In this document: positions 1 to 9,824 of the stretch, in pieces
How positions within the stretch are numbered: the stretch's first letter is position 1
Layout: every line of letters begins with the position of its first letter
NCBI GenBank assembly: GCA_963697895.1
Contig: OY969100.1
Location: 1,088,001-1,152,000 of the forward strand
Direction: 5' to 3'
Origin: an uncultured Methanomicrobiales archaeon
GTDB taxonomy: Archaea > Halobacteriota > Methanomicrobia > Methanomicrobiales > Methanospirillaceae
Length of the DNA: 64,000 bases
Notes under the pieces: model-generated
What the model was told of the DNA's origin: nothing
What the model saw: only the letters and a program-made list of their open reading frames with translations
Databases searched by the model: none
Made by a program: the position numbers and the translations under genes

Positions 1-158
1 TATCCGAGGAGCACCATGAGGGAGATGACGAACAGGTACCAGTCATATGCATACAGGTCGTGATGGAACGTGATCAGGGCGATATTGAGAAGACAGATCA
101 TCGCCACTCCTGACGAGAAGCCGACCGTAAATATCGCCCGGCCCGAGGTTATGTCCAT
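1..158 (-). CDS. Hypothetical membrane protein, truncated by window start
   Basis: ATG at 158 on the minus strand reads MDITSGRAIFTVGFSSGVAMICLLNIALITFHHDLYAYDWYLFVISLMVLLG with no stop before base 1; hydrophobic segments. Confidence 0.55.
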   Translation of the reverse strand, partial: MDITSGRAIFTVGFSSGVAMICLLNIALITFHHDLYAYDWYLFVISLMVLLG

Positions 159-296
159 GGGAAACATGAGGGGAAAGATTCTGCTTAAGCCTTCCCCACA
201 AGCAGGTACCCGGATTGATTCCTCCCCCGCCCCTGACGCTCACTTTCACCGTCCGTTCAGGGATCCCTTATCCCGTTACGTGCCGGAAAGATCCTC

Positions 297-542
297 ATGG
301 AACCCGTGGATCGCGGACCGGTCGGCAGGGACCTCTTTGAAAGCCTGGAGTGGTACGCACAGGGAAACCCGGAGGAGCTGGCCGAAATCGATCGGATACG
401 GAGACTTCTGACCGAGACAGGAGCCTGGGCCGGCTGGAGATACCAGGCGGAAGAGGGAGAACCGGCCCCGGAAGCATCAACGGATCCTGCGGTCAGACGG
501 GATGTTAACGGTACGGAGAAAACCCGGTTGAACCGTGAATGA
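297..542 (+). CDS. Hypothetical protein (81 aa)
   Basis: ORF with plausible composition (DLFESLEWYAQGNPEELAEIDRIRRLL); no recognised motif. Confidence 0.35.
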   Translation: MEPVDRGPVGRDLFESLEWYAQGNPEELAEIDRIRRLLTETGAWAGWRYQAEEGEPAPEASTDPAVRRDVNGTEKTRLNRE

Positions 543-637
543 GGTGCCGAAGGGCTTGACCCGCAGGTTCGAATCTCACCTCGTCCTCTGCATGAACAAA
601 TAAGGTTTAAACCCGTAAATCGATAAAATGGATCACA

Positions 638-1228
638 ATGGTCCAGTTCTTTCCCACCGAACTCGCAAATCTCCTCTTCAACATCGTCATCATCCTCTGG
701 TTTCTCAGCGAGGTTGTGGGAGGCAGGATAATTCCCGCTCTCCGGCGCCGCGGAACAAAGATCGAGAGAAGAGACCGGGGCTCTGCCCTCCTCATCGTCG
801 GAGGCATCTTCCTCTCCGTTGTCATCGCGTTTGCGTTTGCATCCAACGGCATCGCGATGCTCCCCGGATGGGTCTCGTACGTGGGGATCGCCCTGATGCT
901 TGCAGGAGTTATCATCAGGCAATGGGCCATTGCAGTCCTCGGGAGGTATTTCTCACCCGTGGTGGGGATCCAGGAGGGCCAGACCGTGGTGAAGACCGGA
1001 CCGTATCGCCTGGTCCGTCATCCTTCGTATACCGGGGCACTCCTGATCATCGGGGGAATAGGGCTGGCACTCCAGTCATGGGGAGCGGTCCTCGTTCTCC
1101 TGGTCATATTCGGCCTGACCTACGGCTACCGGATACACCGGGAGGAGAAGGTCCTGGTCTCCGAACTCGGCGATGAGTATATCCAGTACATGAAGACGAC
1201 GAAGAGAATCATCCCGTATATCATCTGA
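638..1228 (+). CDS. Isoprenylcysteine carboxyl methyltransferase (ICMT/Ste14) family membrane protein
   Basis: Multi-TM; motifs LGRYFS, VKTGPYRLVRHPSYTG, RIHREEKVL, GDEYIQY..TKRIIP. Confidence 0.9.
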   Translation: MVQFFPTELANLLFNIVIILWFLSEVVGGRIIPALRRRGTKIERRDRGSALLIVGGIFLSVVIAFAFASNGIAMLPGWVSYVGIALMLAGVIIRQWAIAVLGRYFSPVVGIQEGQTVVKTGPYRLVRHPSYTGALLIIGGIGLALQSWGAVLVLLVIFGLTYGYRIHREEKVLVSELGDEYIQYMKTTKRIIPYII

Positions 1229-1422
1229 AGTACACTTTCGTTTCAGAAACAGGTTGTTTCCCGATCAGAAACAAGGGAAGAAAAAGGGATCCCTGTCTTC
1301 CGGATACCGGGACCCATCTATATCCGGAATTTCCGGTTCCGTATCGTGCTGCCATCCATAATCCGGTGACGAGAGATCGCAACGGTTAAAATCTGCCACA
1401 TCTATCTTCAAGGCAGGCAAGA

Positions 1423-1968
1423 ATGACCCCGGACGACGCAAAGCCCCCTGAAGGGAAGGAAGGAGGAGAAGATCCGTGCCAGGAGAAGGGAGGGGTGCAT
1501 TCATTTGTCCAGTCTCTCGCACTCGGCAGCACATGGATGTTCACCCTCGCGGTGATCGGCACCGGGATCATAGCGGTCGTCCTGTTTGTCTACGGCTTCC
1601 TTTTAAGCCTGTACGGGGTGTACCAGGCGATCGCCGGGTTCAGCCTGGATATCCATGTCGTCAAGGAATACCTCGCCACTTCGATCCAGATCATCGACAT
1701 CTTTCTCGTCGCGACGGTCTTTTACCTGATATCCATGGGGCTGTACCAGCTCTTCATCGCGAAGGCGCCGCTTCCCGGGTGGGTAAAGATCTGCAACCTC
1801 GACGACCTGAAGACCAAGCTCCTCGGCCTGACCGTGATCGCATTAGCAGTCATCTTCCTCGGGACCGCCCTTACCCTGAGTGTTGGAACCAGCATCCTGG
1901 AGTTCGGAGCCGCGATCGCGCTCATGATCGCGGCTATTTCGGTTTACCTCTGGGTAAAACACGAGTGA
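1423..1968 (+). CDS. YqhA/UPF0114 family membrane protein
   Basis: Four TM; IDIFLVATVFYLISMGLYQLFI...LP.W..I.NLDDLKTKL signature. Confidence 0.85.
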   Translation: MTPDDAKPPEGKEGGEDPCQEKGGVHSFVQSLALGSTWMFTLAVIGTGIIAVVLFVYGFLLSLYGVYQAIAGFSLDIHVVKEYLATSIQIIDIFLVATVFYLISMGLYQLFIAKAPLPGWVKICNLDDLKTKLLGLTVIALAVIFLGTALTLSVGTSILEFGAAIALMIAAISVYLWVKHE

Positions 1969-2124
1969 AAGATTGCAAAAAACGTTCGGGACATATACCG
2001 TATCCTTTTTTTTCCGGCGCCATCCTTATCATCTCCTCCGGTCCTCATTTACCGACCGGTTGCCCACCGGACGATCCGGGAATCCGGCGACGGTACCAGG
2101 ATGATCGCGTATTCGACCCGGGAA

Positions 2125-2721
2125 TTACTCCCGCGGCAGGATCTCGATCGGAATTTCCATCAATACGCGGATTACCTTGTTTTCCCGCCGTACCGGAATG
2201 GGATCGAAGAGGAGCGTCTCCGTCGGACCCCAGAGGGATACCCAGCCGATGATCTGGAACCCGTTGTTGAGGACCGAACCCAGCCATGCAGGGATGCCGG
2301 CAACGACACCGCTTCCGAAGAACGTTGCAAGGCCGAGACAGACGGCGAGGAATGCAAAACTGAAGGGGAGCTGCCGTAACCCCTGCCAGTGGATGTTCCG
2401 GAGCTGGATCGCGTTGTCCGAGAGCTTTCTCATGCAGAACCGGTGGATCGCAACGGTGACCTGTTCCTGTATCCCGGGGGTGATCTGGTCCCGGGGGAGC
2501 AGGATCGTCAGCCGGAACTTCCGCTTCCGGAGCGTCCACCCCGGCTTGAGCTGCTTCATCAGCCGCTCCACGGCCGACTGCCCCATATACTCCGTCTCCT
2601 TCTCTGAAAAGGGATCGAAATCCGGTGCGATCAGCAGCTCCCGGATGGTATCCAGTTCCAGCGTGACGTGGTTCTTATCGTTCCAGGTAATCTGGTCCGC
2701 GTGAGTATTCCCGGGGATCAT
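2125..2721 (-). CDS. Conserved hypothetical membrane protein
   Basis: 198 aa; two C-terminal TM helices, GWVSLWGP.E..LFD motif; host-like codon usage. Confidence 0.75.
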   Translation of the reverse strand: MIPGNTHADQITWNDKNHVTLELDTIRELLIAPDFDPFSEKETEYMGQSAVERLMKQLKPGWTLRKRKFRLTILLPRDQITPGIQEQVTVAIHRFCMRKLSDNAIQLRNIHWQGLRQLPFSFAFLAVCLGLATFFGSGVVAGIPAWLGSVLNNGFQIIGWVSLWGPTETLLFDPIPVRRENKVIRVLMEIPIEILPRE

Positions 2722-3029
2722 GGTACTTCACTTTTTACTGATGAGCGTCCTTCGGATCACAAGCGGTCACTTCTGATACATCTCTGTCGTTCTCCTCGCC
2801 GGGGTTGACAATTGGTACCCTTCGCCCGGTATAGAGGTCATGCAAAAACCGTGTCTTTCCACCGTATTGGCCAGGTTTTGAACCACATGGTTCATTTCTG
2901 AACCAGGAGAAGATAAATTATTCCGAGGGAGAACCAATACGACCGCAGTCTTTCGGAACAATCCATACCCGGGAGCCGCCGGAGTCGCCCGTTATTTCGG
3001 CAGAATGAGAGGAGGAGGGAGTGCCTTCC

Positions 3030-3212
3030 CTACCGGTACGTGAGGATCTTGAGGATCCGTTCCCGTTCCTCTTCCTTGCTCAAGTCCATGTCGTGCATGG
3101 TCATTACATGTCCCTCGATCCGCTTCATTATCTCCATCTCGCCCTTGGCTTCCATCTCGTAATCGCACGAGAGGCCGAGGTCCTTACACCGGTATACTGC
3201 AATCTTCCCCAT
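3030..3212 (-). CDS. DUF1059 family small metal-binding protein
   Basis: C-KDLG.SC.....A....E.......H....H pattern in 60 aa. Confidence 0.85.
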   Translation of the reverse strand: MGKIAVYRCKDLGLSCDYEMEAKGEMEIMKRIEGHVMTMHDMDLSKEEERERILKILTYR

Positions 3213-3405
3213 TACGATTCACTCACGACACTCATGGCACCCGGGATATTTAGGTTTTTTGGGGGGGGTATTCCCGATCTTCTCATGCCAGGGCCGCACT
3301 TCATCACCGGGTATGTGGGATGATCTCCCCTGCACCGGCGATCTCCTGCTTCCATTGCCGGGGATATCGGCACCATATGGAGAGGCCACCTTGGGGGGAA
3401 CTTCT

Positions 3406-3492
3406 TTAATGTGTTCCCGATCCAATATTTGAGGAACGTGACACAGGGTATCTTCCCTTAATGCGTTCCCGATCCAATAGTTGAGGAACGTG
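3406..3492. repeat. Two 35-bp direct repeats (period 52 bp) with internal GTTCC/GGAAC dyad
   Basis: TTAATG(T/C)GTTCCCGATCCAATA(T/G)TTGAGGAACGTG at 3406-3440 and 3458-3492. Confidence 0.85.
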
Positions 3493-3622
3493 TAACGATC
3501 GGAACCGTGATTCAAAAGTGAACACGGACCGGGCTTCCCGCAATGAAAACCGGAACCGGGAAGATCCCCGAGATCCCGTGCCGTCAGAAAGGGGAACAAA
3601 CGGAATCAGGTCAGGACAATGT

Positions 3623-4969
3623 ATGAGGTATTCGGGATTTGCCGGTAAATTAATGGTATTCATACTCATTGCACTCGTTCCCCTGATCCTGGTAGCCACG
3701 CTCTTCTTTTCCCCTGCCCTCACGCTCGCGGTCAGCACCGCGATCATCGGTCTGGTCGTGGGGGTTTGTTCCTTCCGCACGCTCGTCTGCTTCTCCTTCG
3801 GGTGCAGGACCCCGGAGACGGTACATCCCCGGAACTATCCGTTCGTCTCGGTCATCGTATCCGCGTACAATGAAGAAACCGTCCTCCCCCGGACGATGGC
3901 CTCGATGCGTGAGGTTGGGTATCCCTCCGACCGGCTCGAGTTCCTCTATGTCTACGAGGAGACGTGCACGGACCGCACCGGGGAGATCATCGCCGGCTTT
4001 GAAAAAACGGACCCCCGTTTCCACGGGATGAAATTTCGCGGCGGAAAAGCAGTATGCCTGAATTATGCGATCCGTCAGTCGCGGGGGGATGTCATCTGCA
4101 TCCTCGATGCAGACCATTCGCTCGAGCGGGATGCAATCATCCGGGCGGTGGGGGTCATGGAGACGACCGGTGCCGCCTGTGTCAAGGGCAGGAGCCGGGT
4201 CGTCAATAAACAGGAGAGCGTGTTCTCCCTCCTCGGCGGGGTCGAACGGGATGTCATCGAACGGCTGATCAGCTATGGCACCTACCTGTTCGGCGGGTTT
4301 TCATTCTTCGGCGGAAGCCTCGGGTTTTTCCGGCGGGAGTTGCTCGAGACGGTAGGCCCGTTCAACGGAGAGGTGTTAACGGAGGACATCGAGTCTGTCT
4401 GCACGGATCCATCTGGCGGGATACACGGTCTGTGTCGATCCCTCCATCGTCAGCTGGGAGGAGACTCCCCCACCTTCGCCGGCTGGTGGAAACAGCGGAA
4501 ACGATGGTGCCGGGGGTGGGTGCAGTGCACGGTCATCCACCTCTTCCCGATGATCCGGAGCCGCATACCCGTGGTGACAAAAGTGGACAGTTCCTTCACC
4601 TGGGCGTTCAATTTTATCCCGTTGCTGACGATCAGTTTCATTCCCCTGTCGATCATCGGCCTTGCATTCCATATCCCGGTATTCCTGTTCAACCCGGCGT
4701 TGGCAGTGGTCTTCGCAGTCGTGCCCGTCGTTATGGTGACCGGACCGGTCCTGCTGGACGTAATCCAGGGCGAGCGGTTCCGCTGGGAGGATCTTTTCTG
4801 TATCATTCTCTTCCCGTATTACCTGGCATTATACGGCATCGTTGCCGTTTCCGCAATCCTCGACGAGTTCGTCCTGGAAAAGCCGAGTGTGTTTATCCGG
4901 ACGGAGAAATCGGGGAGTACCAGGGCGGAGTGCGGTCCGGTTACCGGAACGCAGGGAAGTTATCCCTGA
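3623..4969 (+). CDS. Processive GT2 family glycosyltransferase (cellulose synthase/PgaC-like); internal compensated frameshift
   Basis: VSVIVSAYNEE, GGKAVCLN, DADH (DxD), TED and QRKRW motifs, TM helices; about 24 codons after TEDIE are out of frame (see findings). Confidence 0.85.
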   Translation: MRYSGFAGKLMVFILIALVPLILVATLFFSPALTLAVSTAIIGLVVGVCSFRTLVCFSFGCRTPETVHPRNYPFVSVIVSAYNEETVLPRTMASMREVGYPSDRLEFLYVYEETCTDRTGEIIAGFEKTDPRFHGMKFRGGKAVCLNYAIRQSRGDVICILDADHSLERDAIIRAVGVMETTGAACVKGRSRVVNKQESVFSLLGGVERDVIERLISYGTYLFGGFSFFGGSLGFFRRELLETVGPFNGEVLTEDIESVCTDPSGGIHGLCRSLHRQLGGDSPTFAGWWKQRKRWCRGWVQCTVIHLFPMIRSRIPVVTKVDSSFTWAFNFIPLLTISFIPLSIIGLAFHIPVFLFNPALAVVFAVVPVVMVTGPVLLDVIQGERFRWEDLFCIILFPYYLALYGIVAVSAILDEFVLEKPSVFIRTEKSGSTRAECGPVTGTQGSYP

Positions 4970-5322
4970 GGCGGGCCAGAGCCGCGGGGGGGATACTATC
5001 GGCTGAATGCAACCCGGTATTACGGGTAACTCGTTTGGCCGAGGATGCTCTCGCATTCCGGAAGGGTTGGACTGCCGCTATAACCCGGGATCGGAGATGG
5101 GAACAGGTTTGGTGATCTTTTCTGGCATAACCCGGTGGACGGTATCGGCTGAACTGAAAAGAACATCTCTCCCGCTGAACGTTTATGATTCGATCCCGCC
5201 ATTCCGTCCCCTGAACTGACATCGCAACAACTCCGACTGGTATAAGAACGATCGCGACGTTCTGGTATCATTATACAGAGAGTGAGGGAATTCCCTTGTC
5301 CGCGGCAGAAAGTTCACAAACC

Positions 5323-5931
5323 ATGTTCGGTCAATATCTGAGTCTCTTTGCCACCACCGAAATTTTCATCTTCGTTTTCATGGAGATCGTCACCAAAATA
5401 GATACCATCCAGCGGGTGATCTTCAAGAAGGCAGCACTCCGTGATTATATCGTCTTCGTGGTGCTTTTCGGTTTATTTTCGATATTCGGGACGTACATCG
5501 GGATACCGAGCAACTACGGGGCGATCAGCAATATCCGGGATCTTGCGCCGATGGTGGCGGGCCTGGTCGCCGGTCCGTATGTCGGCCTGGCGGTCGGGTT
5601 GATCGGCGGCGTCCATCGCTTTTTCCTCGGGGGGGATACCGCTCTCCCCTGCATGCTGGCAACCATCCTCGCGGGAGTGCTGGCAGGGCTGGTCTACCAG
5701 TTAAACAAGGGAAAATTGATCGGCATCATCCCAGGGATGCTCTTTGCCGTCGGGATCGAGCTGCTGCATGGCGGGCTGGCACTGGCGCTGGTCAGCCCGT
5801 TCTCGGAGGCGGTAGAGATCGTGGTCGCGGTGATCCCCGGCATGATCATTGCCAATTCTCTGGGTTTGGGAATCAGCATCATCGTAATCCATAGTACCAA
5901 GGAATCGTGCAGGCCCTGCACCCCGGAATAA
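5323..5931 (+). CDS. Stand-alone LytS/YhcK 5TM receptor (5TM-5TMR_LYT) domain protein
   Basis: FSIFGTY.G......NIRDLAPMVAGL..GP.VG..VGLIGGVHR; no kinase domain follows. Confidence 0.85.
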   Translation: MFGQYLSLFATTEIFIFVFMEIVTKIDTIQRVIFKKAALRDYIVFVVLFGLFSIFGTYIGIPSNYGAISNIRDLAPMVAGLVAGPYVGLAVGLIGGVHRFFLGGDTALPCMLATILAGVLAGLVYQLNKGKLIGIIPGMLFAVGIELLHGGLALALVSPFSEAVEIVVAVIPGMIIANSLGLGISIIVIHSTKESCRPCTPE

Positions 5932-6132
5932 CAAAATACTCTTTTTCTCTCGGATAGTGGGGAAGGGGGTATGAAGGAATTTTTTTACGGAATGCTTCCC
6001 GTCGATCGAACGGGTAAGAATTTCCCGGTTTCCGGCAACCGGGGAAGCATGAAAGGATGAGACTGATGTAAACACTCTCGTCCACCCGGAGATTCCGAAA
6101 TTATAAAGAGGCTTGAACCGGAATTGCCGATC

Positions 6133-7458
6133 ATGCAGGGGAGCCCGAAACGGGGGGAGCTCGGGGTATTCGCCGCGATCGCCTTTGCCGTGGGGAACAT
6201 GGTCGGGGCCGGGGTCTTTGTCCTGAGCGGCCTCGTGATCGCCACCGCCGGTCCTTCGGCCGTCCTCTCCTATCTCTTCTGCGGGATCCTCGTGACGTTC
6301 TCGGCACTCTCCTATTCCGCACTTGCGAGCATCTACCCCGAAGACGGCGGCGGGTACCTCTTTGCCCGCCGGATGCTCGGCCCTATCCCCGGGTTCATCG
6401 CCGGCTGGTCGATGTACATCAGCCTCATGATCGCGAGCGCATTCGTCCTCCTCGGGTTCGGGATCTATGCAAACCTGATGCTCGGGACCTCCGTCGACCC
6501 CCGCTGGCTCGCCCTCGGCGGGCTCGTGGTCCTCTCCGCCCTCAACATTCGCGGCTTGTCCGAGGCGGGAACAGTCGAGACCGGGCTCGTCGTCGCCAAG
6601 GTCGTCATCCTCGCCGGCCTGATCGTTGCCGGGTTCATCCATATCACCGGCTCCGACTTCACGCCCTTCTTCCCGTCGGGGATCGGCGGCATGCTGGCGG
6701 GGATGGTCATGGTCTTCTTTGCGTACATCGGGTTCCAGGTCGTCGCCCTGATGGGGGGCGAGATCAAGCAGTCGTCCCGGAACGTCCCCCGGGCCACGCT
6801 GGCCGCGATCGGGATCGTCGCCCTCATCTATACCGGGACCATCATCGCCCTGCTTTCGGCCAGACTGCCCACCTACGGGAGCCAGAGCGTCTTCGATGCG
6901 GCACTCGTCCTCTTCGGCGGCATCGGGGCCACCATCGTGGCGCTCGGCGCCGTCTTCTCCACCCTCTCCTCGGCGAACGCGAACGTGATCGGCGGATCAA
7001 GGATCATCATGGAGATGGGATCCGAGAAGCAGATCCCGGCCCGGTTCGCCCGACTCTCGAGGGGAGGCCAGCCGTCTACCTCCATCCTCTTCGGGATGAT
7101 CCTTGCGGGTATCCTCATCATCTACGGAAACCTCGGTTTCGTCGTGAGCCTGACCAATGTCACCACCCTCGTGACCATGGCCCTGGTCAATGCGAGCGCC
7201 TTTCTCCTCGTCCGGCGGGAGCACCTGGTCCCCCCCGAAAAGACCTATTTCAGGCTCCCGCTCGGGGTCGTCATCCCGGTTGCCGGCTTCGTATCCTGCA
7301 TCGCCATGCTCGCCACCCTGACCCCCACAATCATCCTGATCGGGTTTGCGGTCATCCTCGCCGGGCTGATCATCTACTCCCTGGAGGACACCGCCGAAGG
7401 GGAATCAATCCGGAGAGAGATCCGGAAAAAACTGGGAAGGAAGGAGCCGGAGGGCTGA
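6133..7458 (+). CDS. APC family amino acid permease
   Basis: GNMVGAGVF, YPEDGGGY, FFAYIGFQ..ALMGGEIK...NVPRA; about 12 TM. Confidence 0.92.
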   Translation: MQGSPKRGELGVFAAIAFAVGNMVGAGVFVLSGLVIATAGPSAVLSYLFCGILVTFSALSYSALASIYPEDGGGYLFARRMLGPIPGFIAGWSMYISLMIASAFVLLGFGIYANLMLGTSVDPRWLALGGLVVLSALNIRGLSEAGTVETGLVVAKVVILAGLIVAGFIHITGSDFTPFFPSGIGGMLAGMVMVFFAYIGFQVVALMGGEIKQSSRNVPRATLAAIGIVALIYTGTIIALLSARLPTYGSQSVFDAALVLFGGIGATIVALGAVFSTLSSANANVIGGSRIIMEMGSEKQIPARFARLSRGGQPSTSILFGMILAGILIIYGNLGFVVSLTNVTTLVTMALVNASAFLLVRREHLVPPEKTYFRLPLGVVIPVAGFVSCIAMLATLTPTIILIGFAVILAGLIIYSLEDTAEGESIRREIRKKLGRKEPEG

Positions 7459-7799
7459 ACCAAATATCGGAAAAGAGCGGGGAGGAACGAGCCCGGGGTT
7501 GAATCGACCTCTATCGGGGACGCTGTCGCAAGAACAGGACCGGTGGAGGATCCGAAAAAAAGCCGGGTATTACGGGGTGTTCGGCCTGGAGAAACCGCCC
7601 AGCCGTCCTCCGACCGGATTGTATCATTCCTGATCCATTTTGCTCCCTGCCTGGCTGCTGCTGCCCGCTCTGTGCGATGGGTGAGACGCGTCTCCGGTCT
7701 CAATTTGCCGCCATGACTGGCGCATCGACGTTCCGATCCGGGTATCCTGCCCCGGTGCATCAAGAAACATTAATGCTCCTTGAAAAGTACTGTGCTCTC

Positions 7800-8339
7800 A
7801 TGAGACCGAACATCAGCTATGTACTGCTGGCTCTGCTGGCAGTTGCCCTGCTTTTTGCAGCAGGCTGCACGACACCGACCCCGCCCGTGACCCCGACGCC
7901 AACCGCGACGGCGACCGCTACGGCCACCGCAACAGCGACGGCGACCGAGACCATGAGCATGACCATGACCGTCCCCCCGACAACGGTGACGGCACCCCCA
8001 ACCCAGACGACGGTCCCGGCAAACACCACGGCGCCTCCCTCAGGGGGAGCGGTGACCGTCGGGCTGAGTGCAAAGAATATCGCCTTTAACACGAGCATCA
8101 TCACGGTCCCCGCCTGTTCGAACGTGACGGTCATCTTTGACAACCAGGACTCGGGGATCCCGCACAACTTCGCGGTCTACTCGGATCCGGGGCTGAGCAG
8201 CACCATATTCAAGGGAGAGATCATCACCGGACCGAAGATGATCACCTACACGTTCAAGGCTCCCTGTGCCCCGGGAGACTACTGGTTCCGCTGCGACGTG
8301 CACCCGGCGGCCATGACGGGCACATTCAAAGTGGTCTGA
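7800..8339 (+). CDS. Cupredoxin (type-1 blue copper) lipoprotein, copy 1
   Basis: Lipobox FAAGC, Thr/Pro/Ala linker, PHNF ... YWFRCDVHPAAM (His/Cys/His/Met ligands). Confidence 0.88.
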   Translation: MRPNISYVLLALLAVALLFAAGCTTPTPPVTPTPTATATATATATATATETMSMTMTVPPTTVTAPPTQTTVPANTTAPPSGGAVTVGLSAKNIAFNTSIITVPACSNVTVIFDNQDSGIPHNFAVYSDPGLSSTIFKGEIITGPKMITYTFKAPCAPGDYWFRCDVHPAAMTGTFKVV

Positions 8340-8453
8340 AACAACCCAACCCTTTTCTTTTTTCTGCCTCGGGATTCCGACAGGGCAACGTTCTCCTGAA
8401 GTGATTCCTGAAATGCAACATTAATGTCCCTTGAACAGGTACCTGTTGCTTTC
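8340..8453. repeat. Conserved intergenic unit (oligo-T terminator + TTCCGACAGGGCAACGTTCTCC + promoter region), repeated at 8967-9078 and partly at 9616-9690
   Basis: Near-identical TTTTCTGCCTCGGGATTCCGACAGGGCAACGTTCTCCTGAAGTGATTCCTGAAATG.AACATTAATGTCCC after copies 1 and 2; core also present after copy 3. Confidence 0.9.
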
Positions 8454-8966
8454 ATGAGACCGAACATCAGCTATGTACTGCTGGCTCTGCTGGCAGTTGC
8501 CCTGCTCCTTGCCGCAGGCTGTTCGACGACCCCGCCCGTGACACCGACGCCGACAGCGACACCGACCGGGACGGCGACCGGGACAATGGCGATGACCATG
8601 CCAGAGACAACGGTGACGGTTCCCCCGACCGGGACGACGGCCCCGATGACCACCACGATGCCTCCATCCGGAGAGGCGGTGACGATCGACCTGATCGCAA
8701 AGAATATCGCCTTCAACACGAGCACCATCACCGTCCCCGACTGTGCGAACGTGACGGTCGGCTTCGATAACCAGGACGCGGGAATTCCCCACAACTTCGC
8801 GGTCTACACGAACTCATCGGCAACCGCCGCCATCTTCGTGGGAGAGATCATCACCGGCCCGAAGATGGTAACCTACACGTTCACGGCTCCCTGCACCCCC
8901 GGGGACTACTGGTTCCGCTGCGACCCACACCCGGCGGCCATGAACGGCGGGTTCATCGTGGTCTGA
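8454..8966 (+). CDS. Cupredoxin lipoprotein, copy 2
   Basis: LAAGC lipobox; PHNF ... RCDPHPAAM. Confidence 0.88.
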   Translation: MRPNISYVLLALLAVALLLAAGCSTTPPVTPTPTATPTGTATGTMAMTMPETTVTVPPTGTTAPMTTTMPPSGEAVTIDLIAKNIAFNTSTITVPDCANVTVGFDNQDAGIPHNFAVYTNSSATAAIFVGEIITGPKMVTYTFTAPCTPGDYWFRCDPHPAAMNGGFIVV

Positions 8967-9078
8967 ACCAACCCGACCTCTTTCTTTTTTCTGCCTCGGG
9001 ATTCCGACAGGGCAACGTTCTCCTGAAGTGATTCCTGAAATGTAACATTAATGTCCCATAAAAAGTACTGTTGCTTTC

Positions 9079-9615
9079 ATGAGACCGAACATCAGTGATG
9101 TACTGCTGGCCCTGCTGGCAGTTGCCCTGCTCCTTGCAGCAGGCTGTACCACCCCGACCCCCCCGGTGACCCCGACGCCGACGCCAACCGAAACGCCGAC
9201 CGCTCCTCCCACCGCAACAGCGACCGGGACCATGACGATGACCGTCCCACCGACGACAGAGACCGTACCTCCCCCGACCGGGACGACTGCACCGGCAACC
9301 ACCACGATGCCTCCCACCGGCGGAGCGGTGACCGTCGGCCTGATTGCCAAGAATATCGCCTTTAACACGAGCACCATCACGGTCCCCGCCTGTTCGAACG
9401 TGACGGTCGCCTTTGACAACCAGGACTCGGGAATCCCCCACAACTTCGCGGTCTACTCGGATCCGGGGCTGAGCAACACCATATTCAAGGGAGCTATCAT
9501 CACCGGACCGAAGGCCATCACCTACACGTTCAAGGCCCCCTGTGCCCCGGGAGACTACTGGTTCCGCTGCGACGTGCACCCGGCGGCCATGAACGGCAAG
9601 TTCATAGTGGTCTGA
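9079..9615 (+). CDS. Cupredoxin lipoprotein, copy 3
   Basis: LAAGC lipobox; PHNF ... RCDVHPAAM. Confidence 0.88.
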   Translation: MRPNISDVLLALLAVALLLAAGCTTPTPPVTPTPTPTETPTAPPTATATGTMTMTVPPTTETVPPPTGTTAPATTTMPPTGGAVTVGLIAKNIAFNTSTITVPACSNVTVAFDNQDSGIPHNFAVYSDPGLSNTIFKGAIITGPKAITYTFKAPCAPGDYWFRCDVHPAAMNGKFIVV

Positions 9616-9824
9616 ACACACTTTCCTTTTTTTCAACCACCCCCACATTCCGACAGGGCAACGTTCTCCACACGGGAGATTCCTGGAATGTTTTCCGGCT
9701 GTCCTTATGCAGGACCGTATTCCGGCGGATAAGCCACATAAAAAATTTCTGCCATGTCAAACGGCTTCGTTCACCCGTTTCATCCTGCATGGCGTCGCAC
9801 GACGGGAAAGAAAAAAGAAGAAGA

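Noticed and set aside
541-582. tRNA-like GGTTCGAATC inside a GAGGTG/CACCTC stem
   Set aside because: Only ~42 nt; the T-stem does not pair canonically and there is no D-arm or full cloverleaf; not called as a tRNA or att site
7880-7950. Thr-Ala/Thr-Pro low-complexity repeats in the cupredoxin stalk
   Set aside because: Ordinary glycosylation-prone linker with varied codons, not a DNA-level element
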